Part shown: piece by piece, positions 49,140 to 61,219 of the stretch
How positions within the stretch are numbered: position 1 is the stretch's first letter
Layout of the letters: every line of letters begins with the position of its first letter
Assembly (NCBI GenBank): GCA_052327205.1
Contig: JBMRGM010000035.1
Coordinates: 13,702,001 to 13,766,000 of the forward strand
Reading direction: 5' to 3'
Length of the DNA stretch: 64,000 bases
DNA from: Somniosus microcephalus
Taxonomy: Eukaryota
Notes under the pieces: generated by a model
What the model saw: the letters and a program-made list of their open reading frames with translations, nothing else
Databases searched by the model: none
What the model was told of the DNA's origin: nothing
Position numbers and translations under genes: made by a program

Positions 49140-51250
49140 GGGTTATTGTTGTACCGGTTTAGTTGTGTCCAATGTTTCCATCTATCCTTTCCCCTCATAT
49201 GTATACATGCGCACATATCGCTGGTCATGATAACCTCAAATGTTCTGGTCCATCGAGGTGAGACTCCCGATCTCTCTGGCAATATTTTAATAACTACCTG
49301 CTCGCCCACCTTGGGTAGGGGCTCCGAGGACCCCTACTTTTGTGTATTTTTATCCCTGATGTCTTGTTGTTCTTTAACTTCTTGTTAGAGCTCTTTCAAT
49401 TGATTATCCAATGTTTGTATGTATTTCATAATTTTATCATTTAATGGACCTAGTCCCTCGCTACCAGATGCTAATACTTCCGGCAGACACATTGCTTGTC
49501 CACTCATGAGTTCATATGGTGTCAGTCCGGTCATCCTGTTTGAGTTGGCTCTCAGCCTCATCAGGATACATGGAAGGACATCCACCCACCCATGTCCAGT
49601 TTCGGCTATGGCCTTGCTTAAGGCTTTTTTCAGGGTTCTGTCCATTCGCTCTACCATGCCTGAGCTTTGCGGATGGTAGGGGACATGCAACTTCTGTCTT
49701 ACTCCCAGTAACTTACAAGTTTCTTTCATTACCTTTCCCGTAAAGTGGGTACCTTGGTCTGAACCTATTTGTAACAGGATCCCCATCTCGGTATCACGTC
49801 GTATGCAAATATTCGGGCCACAGTCTGAGCACTACAGCAGGGAATGCTTCCACCCACCTTTTAAACTGGTCTATGATCACTAAACAGTATTTCTTCCCTC
49901 TACTGTTAGGTAGGGTTCCAGTAAAGTTTAATTGGAGGTTTTCCCAGTGGCCTTTCTGTCGTGGCTGGTGGGCTATTCTAACCTTTATGGGCCTACCTGG
50001 GTTGTGTTGTCCACAGATGATGCAGCGTCTGCAGTATCTTGCCACATCTTTTCCCATTCCACTCCACCACTAATCTATACTTAGCCTACCTATCATGCCA
50101 TTCCGCCCCCCATGGTCTGGCTCATGGTACATTTTCAACAAGTTCCCCTGTGACCCTTTTTCCATATTCCATCTGTACCTTTGGCTGTGCCTCTCTTGAT
50201 CCACTGCTCCTGCTCCTCCATTTCGGTCTCCTCTTGGATTTTTTAATGTTCACTTCTTCTGCTGTTATTCTACCTGCAGCTATTGGTGTAGGGATCTCTG
50301 TGTCCGCTGCTATTCTTGCTGCCTGATCAGCTAGCATATTTCCTTTTTGTTGCTCACTCACTACCTTGCGGTGTGCCTTTATTTTAATCACTGCTCCCTC
50401 TTCTGCTCCTTTTACCACTTCTACTAGTTCTCTCACTCCTTCCTCATGCTGTATTTCTCCTCCTCCGGAGGTTACATATCCTCTCATATTCCACGCTGTC
50501 ATATAATCATTCACTACCCCAAACGCATATCTACTGTCTGTGTATATATTTACTCGTTTTCCTTTTGCCAATTTCAATGCTTCCGTGAGAGTCACGAGTT
50601 CTTATCTGTCTGGTTTACCTACCGGCCAAATTGGTGAGTTTATGGTTGCTGTGGTTTCTTTTAACACTCCCTGTTTCAGTAACTCGGTTATTATCCTGAA
50701 TACGGCCTCTTTGGCTGCTGGTTTTATTGGGTATTGTCTATGCGCCTTGTGCTCCGGTCCGGGTATCATGATAGGGTTAATTGTAGTTAGTCCACAGTCC
50801 TATTTAGAGGTGACCCATACTCGTTCCACCACCTGGCATAGGACTCCCCATATTCCGTATTGTTCCCAATCCCTTTACTACCGATCTTTACCATATAACT
50901 GGCCATAATCCTGGCTTCAAATTTATCATCAATTACGCGCTTTCGTAATATTGTCTTATTTCATACATCTGTCACATGGTCCAGTTCACTTGTTTTATCC
51001 ACTCCTAAGACTGTTCCCTCTGGGTTATCACATGCCCATAACTGGAATGGGAGAAAAATTCCTCCTAGTTCCAATAATTGTGTCCCGTTTTTGTAAGCGC
51101 GATTGCTCTTCCCGCCCACTCCTTGTATCATTATACAGGTTTTGAGGTTTGTGTGTGCGGGAGGTCCAAATTGGTTATAGACACTGATGCCCCTGTGTCA
51201 ACGAACATATAGCACTGCTGGCCCCATAACAGTGCTGTTAGCTCCAGACG
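49140..51250 (-). pseudogene. pol: ERV pro-pol remnant: protease, RT N-terminus, RNase H, integrase
   Basis: FVDTGASVS at about 51195. RQYPIKP..INSPIWPVGKPD is joined directly to ELVTLTEAL..NIYTDSRYAFG..KIKAH..GNMLAD. Integrase motifs: CIICGQH, SDQGTHF, HPQSSGMVER. Confidence 0.88.
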
Positions 51251-51283
51251 GGGATCGGTGCCTGTACCGAGGGCCGATGACAC

Positions 51284-52666
51284 CTAGCGGGACTGTGACA
51301 GGGTTTGGATTAGTTCGATCAATTGAATCTTATTCATATTGGCCTCACCCGTTATCTGCTCGCTACACGCTGCCTCTTGTTGTCTTGAGCCTTGACCTTC
51401 CTTCCCCCCTCCCTTGGACCAAGAGTCTCGCTGTTCGTGTCCAGATTTATTACAGTTTTTACATCTCCTTCCTGTGTCTTTCCTAGTTAATGTGCAATGA
51501 TAACTCTTGTGCCCAAGCCTATTGCATTTTATACAGACTTCCATCTCCTTTACTGCAGCTATCTGCTCCTCCAAGGCAGCCACCTTAACTTTCTGCTGGT
51601 TGTCTACCTCAGTCGCCCATCTGATCAATTCATCAAAGGTCTGTATGGTGACCAATCCAATTTGTACTATGGCCTGATGGGCACGACTCAGCCCTTGTAC
51701 ATTTTCAAAAATGCCAAATTGTCTCGTTGTGGTGCTATTATACTGGAGTGGGCTACAAAACAATCCACTTCCGTTCTCCATAATCATGGGTTGACACCCC
51801 TTTCCCCTGACTAATTCCCATGACTAGTCCCCAGTTTACTGGTACTAATCCTAAAACTTGTGTAACAGCGGTCCTAAAAGCTGTATAATCCACATCTCAT
51901 TGCTGATGTACAGGGGCTACATCTTGACACCATGTCCCCTCCCTATATTGTTGAGGTAATTGACCCAACATATCTTCGCTCATTTTTGCCCTCACTAGTC
52001 CATCAACATCCCGGTTGTGGAAGTTGTGACATATTCCCATTTCTCTTAGTTTCTGCCAGAATATGGCAATACTCTGTCGGAGCTTTAGTTCCGGCAGAAT
52101 TTGAAGCAACTTTAATTTATCTCCTGTGGAGAAAGATACATAAGTGATTTATACCTGAACTGCTACTGCTGGGATCGCTACGGTGCCTGGGGGTGCCCCT
52201 ACAAGTATAGGCACCGCCGGGGTGACCGGAATAAATTCCACCTTAATAGGTGCCACTTTTATGTCGTCATATGGGGGCGAGATTTCCCCATCATTATAGT
52301 CGGGGTCATGTTCAGCAACTTTTCGGCTCAGCGCATCCCAGTCTATCCTGTCCTCCTCTACTCTTTTCACCTCAGATGGCGCTACAGGAGCTGTTGCCAT
52401 TATGGGTACTTGGGTACAATTTTGGCACCCGTTTTTGGTCCAAACTCGAGCACAGCTGCTCAACTCATAATATGCATGAGCCACTAAAATGATGGCCCTT
52501 TCTTCCTTTAATTTTGTTTCTTTAGCCCACCATTCTCTTTGTTTGGCCGGTGGGTCGTTCGGTTGCCAATCGTTATCAACAATTTTGTCATTGAATCTTT
52601 TATTTTTGTCCATTAAATAGTGTATCAGCGACCCCACCGAGCCCCCTCGAGTTTTTCACTTTCCAT
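51284..52666 (-). pseudogene. gag: ERV gag remnant with SPPY late-domain-like motif and two zinc knuckles
   Basis: ISPPYDD; CIKCNRLGHKSYHC and the degenerate CKNCNKSGHEQRDS. Confidence 0.8.
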
Positions 52667-52679
52667 GGTTAATTGTTGT

Positions 52680-52990
52680 CAGCGGTATGTCCCATCCTTT
52701 ACTCTCGCAACCGCAGTTGTCAGAGGTACCATCCTTGCTTTACTCTCACAGTGTGAGACGGTACTTGCAACCGCAGTTGTCAGAGGTAGCTCCCTTATTT
52801 ACTCTCGCAGGGTGAGTCCATACTTGCAACAATTTTGTTCGGGTAATTTGTTGTCAGATGTATGCTTAGCACTACTTGCAACTGGAGTTGTCAGAGGTAT
52901 GCTTAAACTTTCTGCATTGCTTGTAACTCGAGTTGTCAGAGGTACGCTTTAGACTTTTACTCCAAAGTTAACGCACTACTTGCAACACAT
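52680..52990. repeat. Tandem repeats in the ERV leader (ACTTGCAACCGCAGTTGTCAGAGGTA)
   Basis: GTTGTCAG recurs about 6 times between the PBS and gag. Confidence 0.7.
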
Positions 52991-53187
52991 ACCACGCCTA
53001 AAGTTCTGTGTATTTCACCTGAACCCCAAGACCGCTTGACTTATTGATTCAAATCTTTTAGTTCTTTGATTCCAAAGGGGGCGGTGGACAAGAGACGGTG
53101 TTGCCTTGCCCTAACTGTACGTGGTTTTTCAAAATAACTCACATTTTTGCTCAGCTTCACTCGTCCATGCCACCCATCCATGTGGGA

Positions 53188-53204
53188 TCCTGTTCGTGAT
53201 GCCA
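53188..53204 (-). promoter_or_regulatory. Primer-binding site, tRNA-Ser(CGA) type
   Basis: TGGCATCACGAACAGGA lies 2 nt from the LTR and is one mismatch from the complement of the vertebrate tRNA-Ser(CGA) 3' end (TCCTGTTCGTGACGCCA). Confidence 0.8.
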
Positions 53205-53206
53205 AT

Positions 53207-53863
53207 TGCTGTGGAGTATTTTAAACCAACACTCGACACAAGGTTTTCGGATCGATAATCAATCATCTTTATTACACTGGTGGGGAGACAATCTGCTCTG
53301 TCATAGCCAGACTTCACCAAATTGGTGCAGCAAACACTACATTTTTATACATTAAAACATATATGTCCAGCTCGGTCAGAATTCATTCCTGCCACCTGAT
53401 TGGATCTTGGCCCGTATGCATCTTCACTGATTGGTTGCCTATGCTGCGTTACATTAATGTACCACTTTTATTATCGCAAACCTATATGTCCGTTATCCCC
53501 CAAGCTATTGTTGCACCTATGACCTTTGTTTATGCCAGATAGGGTCTCATCAGCATTGTACTTCTGACTCATTGTCCTCCATTCCTGCCTCTGTAGGTCT
53601 CTTTACTTCCAACTCATTATTTTACTTTCCTGCCAGAACAGAACTTACATCCTCTAGGCCTCTTATGGTTTCCACATCCGACTATTTCCAATTGTCTCTA
53701 ATTGACACAGTATGCAGTTCTAACACTACTGCTTAGGTTGTCTCAACTGCCAGTTCAGCACTTTAGAAAAAGCTTACTACTGCAAATACCTATTAGATTT
53801 TTTCTTTATTACACCATTCAGTAAAACTGCCAGCGGTGTCAGTTTAACTCGTCCCCCACTGCA
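53207..53863 (-). repeat. ERV 5' LTR (657 bp)
   Basis: Direct repeat of 45880-46538. On the minus strand it contains two CCAAT boxes, TATAAAAA and AATAAA. Confidence 0.92.
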
Positions 53864-54089
53864 GAAGGAACCACTTATTTAATATCAACATTTATAAATG
53901 AGCCATGCTGGGACACCCTGGCACGATCTGTGGGGAGAGGAAGGTAGGGTTAAGGTTTCAGCTCGATGACCATCTGTTCCTACAAATAAACATCATGCAT
54001 ATGTTAGTCGTTTTTAAACAGTAAAAAAGAGATCTTGCACTCCTATAGCAACTTTCACGACCTTGGGACGTCCTAATGCTCACCAATGC

Positions 54090-54890
54090 TCAGTTTGAGT
54101 CCCGACAGGACCACTAGTTTCCAGACCTCATTACAGCCTTGATCCTAACATGGACAAAGGAGCTGGATTCTAAAGGCGAGGTGAGAGTGATTGTTCTTAG
54201 CAGCAAAACAGCATTAGACCAAGTGTTGCATCAAGGAGCCCGAGTAAAATTGAAGTCAATGGAACCTGTGGGTGGACACGGGGGAAGTCCACTGTTAGAG
54301 ACATACCTTGCATAAAGGAAGATGCTTGTGGTTGTTGGAGGTCAATCATGTCAGCACCAGGACATCACTGCAGGAGTTAATCTTCACCTGCTTCATCAAT
54401 GACCTTCCCTCTATCATAAGGTCAGACGTGGGGATGTTCAGCGATGATCGCAAAGTGTTCAGTTCCATTCTCATCTCATCAGATAATGAAGCAATCCTGG
54501 CCTGCATGCAGAAAGACCTGCACAACATTCCGGCTTGGGTTGATATGTGGAATGTAAAAATCGCGCTACACAAGTGCCAAAGCTTCTTCCACAGCACCTC
54601 CCAAAACCGCGACCTTTACCTCCTAGAAGGTCAAGAGCAGTTTGTGCATGGGAACACCACCACCTGTAAGTTCCCCTCCAAGGCATGCACCATCCTGACT
54701 TGTAAATATATCGTCATTCCTTCATTGTCGCTGGGTCAAAGTCCGGGACATCCTTCCCTAACAGCACTCTGGGTCCCTTCACCTCACGGACTGCAGTGGT
54801 TCAAAAAGGGGCTCATCACCACCCTCTCAAGGGCAAGTGGGATTGTGCAATAAATGCTGATATTGTTAGCGACATCCACATCCCATGAAT
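54090..54890 (+). mobile_element. Decayed CR1/L2-group LINE RT-to-3' fragment
   Basis: FTCFINDLPSIIRSDVGMFSDD..MQKDL. Confidence 0.7.
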
Positions 54891-55032
54891 GGTGATTTTT
54901 GTTTAAATTGCTTTACAGAAAATGAAGTACTTTTTGAAGCGTAGTCACTGCTTATAATATAAGAAAACACGGCGGCCGATTTCTACACAAAAGATCCCAC
55001 TGTGATGTTGTTGCTGTCCCTGTTTGGGCGCT

Positions 55033-55204
55033 GTTTTATGGCGCCGATGAAGATGGCTGCCGTCCTTGCGGGCTCCGTGTGTATCAGGTAGCAAAGTGTC
55101 CTTGCTGCTTGGTGCGCTCGGTTTGTTAAGGAAAAAGCATTTCACTTACTGGATTTCACTTGTTGTATTTGGTTACGTGACAAATAAAATTGAAATTGAA
55201 TTGA
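55033..55204 (+). mobile_element. Short non-autonomous element with a Rex1/Babar-like 3' end, nested in a Deu-SINE relic
   Basis: Starts ATGGCGCCGATGAAGATGGC and ends GTGACAAATAAAATTGAAATTGAATTGA. The flanks resemble the SINE at 33650. Confidence 0.35.
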
Positions 55205-55257
55205 TGTTGGCTGTCGGACACAGCTATGCCCAGGGCACCTAGGAAAATCAGTACCTG

Positions 55258-55990
55258 TTAGAATCATAGAATCTTTGAAATTTGCAACACAGAAGGAGGG
55301 TCATCGGCTCTGGTCGAAAGAGCTATCCAGCCTAATCCCACTTTCAAGCTATTGGTCCATAGCCTTGCAGTTTACGGCACATCAAGTACATGTCCAAGTA
55401 CTTCTCAAATATGATGAGGGTTTCTGCCTCTACCATCATTTCAGGTAGTGAGTTACAGACCCCACCACCCTTTGGGTGATAAAAGTTCTCCTCAACTTCC
55501 CTCTAATTCTTCTACCAATTACTTTAAATCTATTCCTCCTTGTTATTGGCCTCTCTGCTAACTAAAATGGGTGCTTCCTATCCACTATAGTTCGGCCGCT
55601 CATAATTTTATACACTTCAATTAAGCCTCCCCTCCGCCTCCTCTGTTCCAAAGAAAGCAACTCCAGCCTCTCCAATCTTTCCTCAGAGTCAAAATCCTCC
55701 ACTCCTGGCAACACCCAGACGACAACAGACGACATCGAATTGGAAAAGATCCAGAGGGGAGATGAGGAGATTTTCTTTTTTACATTACAAGTTATTATCA
55801 TCTTAATGCTCTGCCTGAAATTGTGGAGGAAGCAGATTCAATAGTAACTTTCAAAAGGGAATTGGATAAATACTTGAATTGGAAAATTTTGCAGGGGTAT
55901 GGGGAACGAACTGGGAATAATTGGATTGCTCTTCCAAGAGCACGACGGGGCAAATGGCCTCCTTCTGTGATGTATGATTCTCTGATTCTC
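55258..55990. mobile_element. Two opposed CR1 3' fragments
   Basis: Minus strand EERLERLELLSLEQRR..EVYKIM; a plus-strand CR1 tail ends near 55990. Confidence 0.65.
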
Positions 55991-56116
55991 TGAAAGGTTT
56001 TACGAAAAGATTCATCTAAATGAGGCGGTTATTTGCTGGCTCCACCATCTCATTTTATTCCCGTATACAAGTGTCTGTTCTGCCTTCCCTCAACCTCAAG
56101 GCAAAGGCTGATGTAC

Positions 56117-56189
56117 GGCGTGGTGGCCAGGTGGTAAAGCCATCTGTAACATAAGCCGGATATCATGGGTTCGACCCCCAACTGCGCCT
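56117..56189 (+). pseudogene. tRNA-Thr(CGT)-derived pseudogene
   Basis: GGCGTGGTGGCCAGGTGGTAAAGCC..GGGTTCGACCCCCAACTGCGCCT aligns with vertebrate tRNA-Thr(CGT); the anticodon arm is mutated. Confidence 0.65.
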
Positions 56190-56244
56190 GGGTGGATTTT
56201 ATCATATTTTCTTTTACATTTTTAACGTTTCTCCTTTTTTATCT

Positions 56245-57505
56245 CTATCAAAACCATTCATAATTTCGAATATTTCTATCAACTCTCCTCTTGACATTCA
56301 CTGCTCTAAGAAGAAAAATCCCAGCTTCTCCATTCTCTTCCCATAAATGAGGTCCCCCATCCCTGGTACCATTCCAGTAACTCTAGTCTGCACTCTCTCC
56401 AAGGCCTTGACTTCTTTCCTAATATGTGGTGCCCAGAATTGAACGCAATACACCAGTGCTTTATAAATGTTTAGCATAATTTCCTTGCTTTTATGCTCTA
56501 TTCGTCTATTAATAAAAGAAAGGAACCCTAATCATTTTTAACATCCTTCTCGCCTTGTCCTCCCACCTTCAAAGATTTGTGTGCACACAGCCAATGTCTC
56601 CCTGTTCCTGCACCCTCTTTAAAATTGAACCATTTAGAGCTGGTTAATAAATTGCAGGGGAGAGCATTCTGAGCAGTTTCGGGGCCAGTGATCTCCAGAG
56701 GGAGCTGATAAAAGGAAATAATCGGCCCCATTAAATTAGTACCATTTAGTTTACATTGCCTCTCCTCATTCTTCCGACCAAAATATATCACTTTGCACTT
56801 CTCTGCGTTAACTTTCATCTGCCATGTGTCTGCCCATTTCACCAGTCTCTTTCTGTTCATACTCCCTCTTTGTAGCTCTTACTATCTGCTCTTACTATCT
56901 GTTCTTTGTATCTTTCCCATTCGCCAGGGTCTGTGCTATGTTTAGCATTTTTGTATGCTTTTTATTTTATTTTAACGCTGTCTGTCTCTTACCTCTTTAG
57001 TCGTCCATGCCTGTTTTTTTGTCCAGTAGAGTTCTTGCCCCACAGGGATATAAACTGATTCTGTACTATGTTAAATTTATTTTGAACACCTTTCACTGAT
57101 CTTCTGTCATTTTACCTATTAACAGATTTGCCCAGTTTAATGTGGACAGTCTCTGCCTCATCCGTTGAAGTCGGCCCCACCCAAATCTAGAATCTTAGTA
57201 GTTGTGTCGCGTTTCTCCCTTTCAAACACTACGTTGAACTCGATCATGTTATGATCACTATTAAATAAATGTTCATGCACCTTTAGTCTGTTGAATAAAT
57301 CTGACTCATTACTCATTCCTAAATCAAATATGGCCTGCCCGTGTGTTGTTTCTAAGGCATATTGTTGTCGAAAACTATTCTGGATGCACTCAATAAATTA
57401 ACTTTCTGATAGGTGCTAGCCTGCTTATCCCTATCTATATGAAAATTTACATCCTCCATTAAAACCACTCTGCTTTTCCTACACGCTTGTCTAATTTCTG
57501 CTTTT
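56245..57505 (-). mobile_element. Decayed CR1 ORF2 fragments
   Basis: LVKWADTWQMKVNAEKCKVIYFGRKN; VVLMEDVNFHID. Confidence 0.7.
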
Positions 57506-58155
57506 ACTAGAACTAGGGAGCATAATCTTAAAATAATGGGCTGCTCATTCAAAACTGAGATGAGGAGAAACTTCTTCACTCAGAGGGTGGTAGGTTTGTG
57601 GAATTTGCTGCCCCAGAAAGCTGTGGAAGCTACATCATTAAATAAATTTAAAACAGAAATAGATAGTTTCCTAGAAGTAAAGAGAATTAAGGGTTACGGG
57701 GAGCGGGCAGGAAATTGGACATGAGTCTAGGTTCGGAATGGTCATGGCCCTGTGGGTAGTGGAGTGGGCCCAGGGGCCGTGTAGCCTTGTTCTGCACCAA
57801 CTGTGTTCTAATTCTGTGTTAGATTTCAGGAGATGGTTTTATTCCTGTTCCTGGCTGGGGTGGAGATCGCCTTTACAGAAGGTAAGTACTGTAGAAAATA
57901 TAGGGACAGAGTGATCTCCTGGAAGAATTTCGATCGCCTAGATGGGTCGGAGAGGAATTTCCCAGATTTTTTTCTCCCAAATTAGCCATTGGGCCTTTAT
58001 CTGGTTTTTCGCCTCACATGGGTTCGGGTGGATGCAGAGTGATAGAAGATTTGAGGTTAGGATCAGATCAGCCATGATCTTATTGAATGGTGGAGCAGGC
58101 TCGAGGGGCCGATTGGCCTACTCCTGCTCCTATTTCTTATGTTCTTATGTTCTTT
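57506..58155 (+). mobile_element. CR1 3' end with long 3' UTR, same subfamily as 62673-64000
   Basis: GCSFKTEMRRNFFTQRVVGLWNLLPQKAVEATSL..AGNWT nearly matches the end of ORF 62899-63810. Confidence 0.85.
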
Positions 58156-59659
58156 ATAAAATCTAGCACTTCACAGCTGCGATCAGAGGGCCTCTACTCA
58201 ACTCCCACTGCAGTCTTAAATTTTTCCTAGCTCTTAATTCTAACCATAAAGTCTCCATTGCCTGCTTATCTCTCATTATAGTCTCTCTTATGATTGAAGT
58301 GACTTCACGCTTAGTCACTAAGACTACTGCTCCCCCCTGTACCATTTCCCTATCTTTCCTGTAGACGTCCAGCAGACCTTCCACCACTCTGTATTACTGC
58401 CAACTTGAGATGAAGGCTACAATTCCATGAACCTTTCATCTTCTTTTGTACCTGTCCAGCAGTTTGAAGTAATTAATGTACGTAGACTTTTAACACTTTC
58501 TGCTCCTCCAGGGTTCCTAAATTCTCACCTTTTTGAATATACTCTGATCTATGTTTCTCAGGTCTAAAGTGGAAGATCTCACGGTTCTCCACTTTGAACT
58601 CAATCGGCTACAGTTGTGCCCACTCATTTAATCTATCAATGTTTCTTTGGAACTTTCTGCTCCCACCTGCACTACTTACTTTGCCGCCTAACTTAATGCC
58701 ATCAGCAAACTTGGTTATAGGATGGACGTCATCGAAATTGGAAAAAGGGCTTGGAATGGGAATAGATCAGCGGGCTGAGCTGACAGGGCATTGGAATTCG
58801 GAATGTATAAAATGCAGTCTCCAATGCTCCACTTATCTGCATCAGACTGAAAGTAATTTGTAAAACATCATCGATCCATACTGGTCGCTGTAGTCTGAGG
58901 TTGTAGCTCGGTGTTTCAGTTTGGAAAGGGTTGGGTCTCGTTGGCACAATCGGTTGACAAGGTCAGCTGTCAGCTCAAATAACTGATGGTTCCATTAACG
59001 ATCGAGTAATCTTTACCTTATTGTCTCACTGTTTCAGGTTTCAACGAATGAACACAAATGTGCTGCTAACATTGCCAGCTGGGCCCGGCTGATATTCCCA
59101 ACATTTAACCTGCAGTCGGATAGCAAGCACATCAAAAATATATAAAAGCCTGAGACTGGCTTCACGGAAATCAGAATTCATCTTAGCAGACTAGGCCCCG
59201 AAAGGACGGATGGGAGGCCGCACTGGCTGCAGGAGAGCTGGTTCACTGTGACATGGATATTTCCGCAGTGAGCCAGACCAGACTCTCTCCATGTTTCCAC
59301 AATGAAAGTCACACCGTTTATTTTAGAAAAGCAAAATGATATTCACATCCTCACTGGCTTCAGTTGATTTCTGAGAGATCATTATAAGATCCTGCAGGGC
59401 TGCCTCGGTTAATAACAACTGTTTTAAGCTACATTTCAGACACGGCAACAAATCTATCATTTTGTTGCTGTTTTCTAGAGCCTGGAATGAGTGAGGCCGC
59501 GAAAGCAGCTCTCTTCAATAACCCGCTGCTGGCAAATAGCAGCAAATGTGGCCTCAGACATCGCATTACAGCCCATTTCTGGGGAACAAGATACCACTGA
59601 AGCAGAGTTCTGCAGAGCTTTGCATCTCTCGCCTATAGGTGACACCATGGAGATCGATA

Positions 59660-60390
59660 ACATAGAATCATAGAATATTACAGCACAGTAGGGGGCATTC
59701 GGCCCATCGAGCCTTTGTAAGAATGAACCAATTAATCCCACTCCCCTGCGGGTTCCCCATAGCCCAGCATATTTTTTTTATTTCCAAGTGTTTATCTAAT
59801 TACCTTTTAAATGTTAGTATTGAATCAGCTCTGCACCTAACTGAAGTCTTTCATCACTGGTACCATTCCAGTAAATCTCCACTGCACACTCTCTGAGGGC
59901 TTGACATGATTCCTCACTGTGGAGCCCAGAATTGGCCACAATACTCCAGCTTGTGCCTAATTAGTATTTTATGAAGTTTGAACATAAATTCCTTGCTTTT
60001 TCCTCAAATCCTCGATTTATAAAGTCATGGACCGCGAATGCCCTCCTTACAGCCTTCCCAACTTGTCCCACCACCTGCAAATACATGTGAACATACACCC
60101 CCAGGTCGCTCTGTTCCTGCACCCACTTTAAATGAAACACGTGGTTTATTTTGACTCTCCTGATACTTCCTACCAAACTTAATTAATTTGTCAAATTTCA
60201 TCTGCCATGACCATTTCGCCGGTCTGTCTATGTCCTCCTGAAATCTGCCAATAACATACTCACTACTTATTACGTTGCCAACACATCCACAAACTTTGAA
60301 ATTTGACTCGCTATACCCAACTCCAGGTCATTTATATATAACAAGAAAAGAAATAATACTAATACCCATCGCTGGGGGACCCACTGCAGC
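59660..60390 (-). mobile_element. Decayed CR1 3' fragment
   Basis: QEQSDLGVYVH; LYINDLELGIASQISKFVD. Confidence 0.7.
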
Positions 60391-60555
60391 GAAAGCAGCG
60401 CATTACTGCCAGTGAAGCAAGATACCACATGGCCCAGCGAGGCCTCCTCATACACAGAACACATTGACAGTGAAATCCCAGGGCCTTCCAGCAACAGTTC
60501 GCGTTTTGTTTACCTCAGTGTGTAACTGCAGGGTCATTAGGTTTTGAATCAGGAG

Positions 60556-60638
60556 GTCAGAATGATCGAATGGTCTAAGGCGCTCTGTTTAGGTTGTAAT
60601 TTCCTCTAGAGGCGAGTGTTCGAATTCCACTTCTGACA
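60556..60638 (+). pseudogene. tRNA-Leu(CAG)-derived pseudogene
   Basis: GTCAGAATGATCGAATGGTCTAAGGCGCT..GTTCGAATTCCACTTCTGACA is colinear with vertebrate tRNA-Leu(CAG), with many transitions. Confidence 0.7.
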
Positions 60639-61219
60639 ATTTATCCTTTACTTATACAGAACGATTTTATCTAGATTTTTTGGAGGTAATTTTTCGGCCC
60701 AGTTGATTTATTCCTTCCAGAAAACGAAGCCCACTTCCATCCAAGGCAGGTTTGTTTCATTGGTTGTAAGTATGTATTGTGTTGGCAGTCAGCAGAACAG
60801 GGCCAGTGGAATCAATCCATTGTGCTTCAAACTTGCAGTTCCACATCATAAATTATCAGATGGGGCCCATATCATTCCACAGCAATCTCCAGTGGCTTTG
60901 GAAGAAGGCTAATGTAAACTAGCATATTTACTTCAGGACTTAAAGACACTCAATTAAAGTCTTTTTTTAGCAATCAATAACCTGTGATCCTTTTAAATAT
61001 ATTTAGATGTGCCCATGTTAGATACACGTGTATTTGCGAGTTGCAAATGTGTTGAATGTAAATGATTTTGCGTCTCTGTTATTTACTAATATAGTTAGAT
61101 GTGTCTGTATTATTATTTTTGTATTGGGTGGGGGATCTGTGTCAGTAATAAATGTAATAAATGTATATCTGAGCGCTGCAAATGTCCAGTCCGACACCAT
61201 TCTATCTTCCCATTGTCCC

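Larger units (their letters stand above)
45880..53863 (-). mobile_element. Endogenous retrovirus provirus (LTR-gag-pro-deleted RT-RNase H-IN-env-LTR), lokiretrovirus-like
   Basis: Paired TG..CA LTRs, PBS, PPT and a near TSD (GAAT/GAAG). Gag, pro, pol and env motifs appear in retroviral order. Confidence 0.92.
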
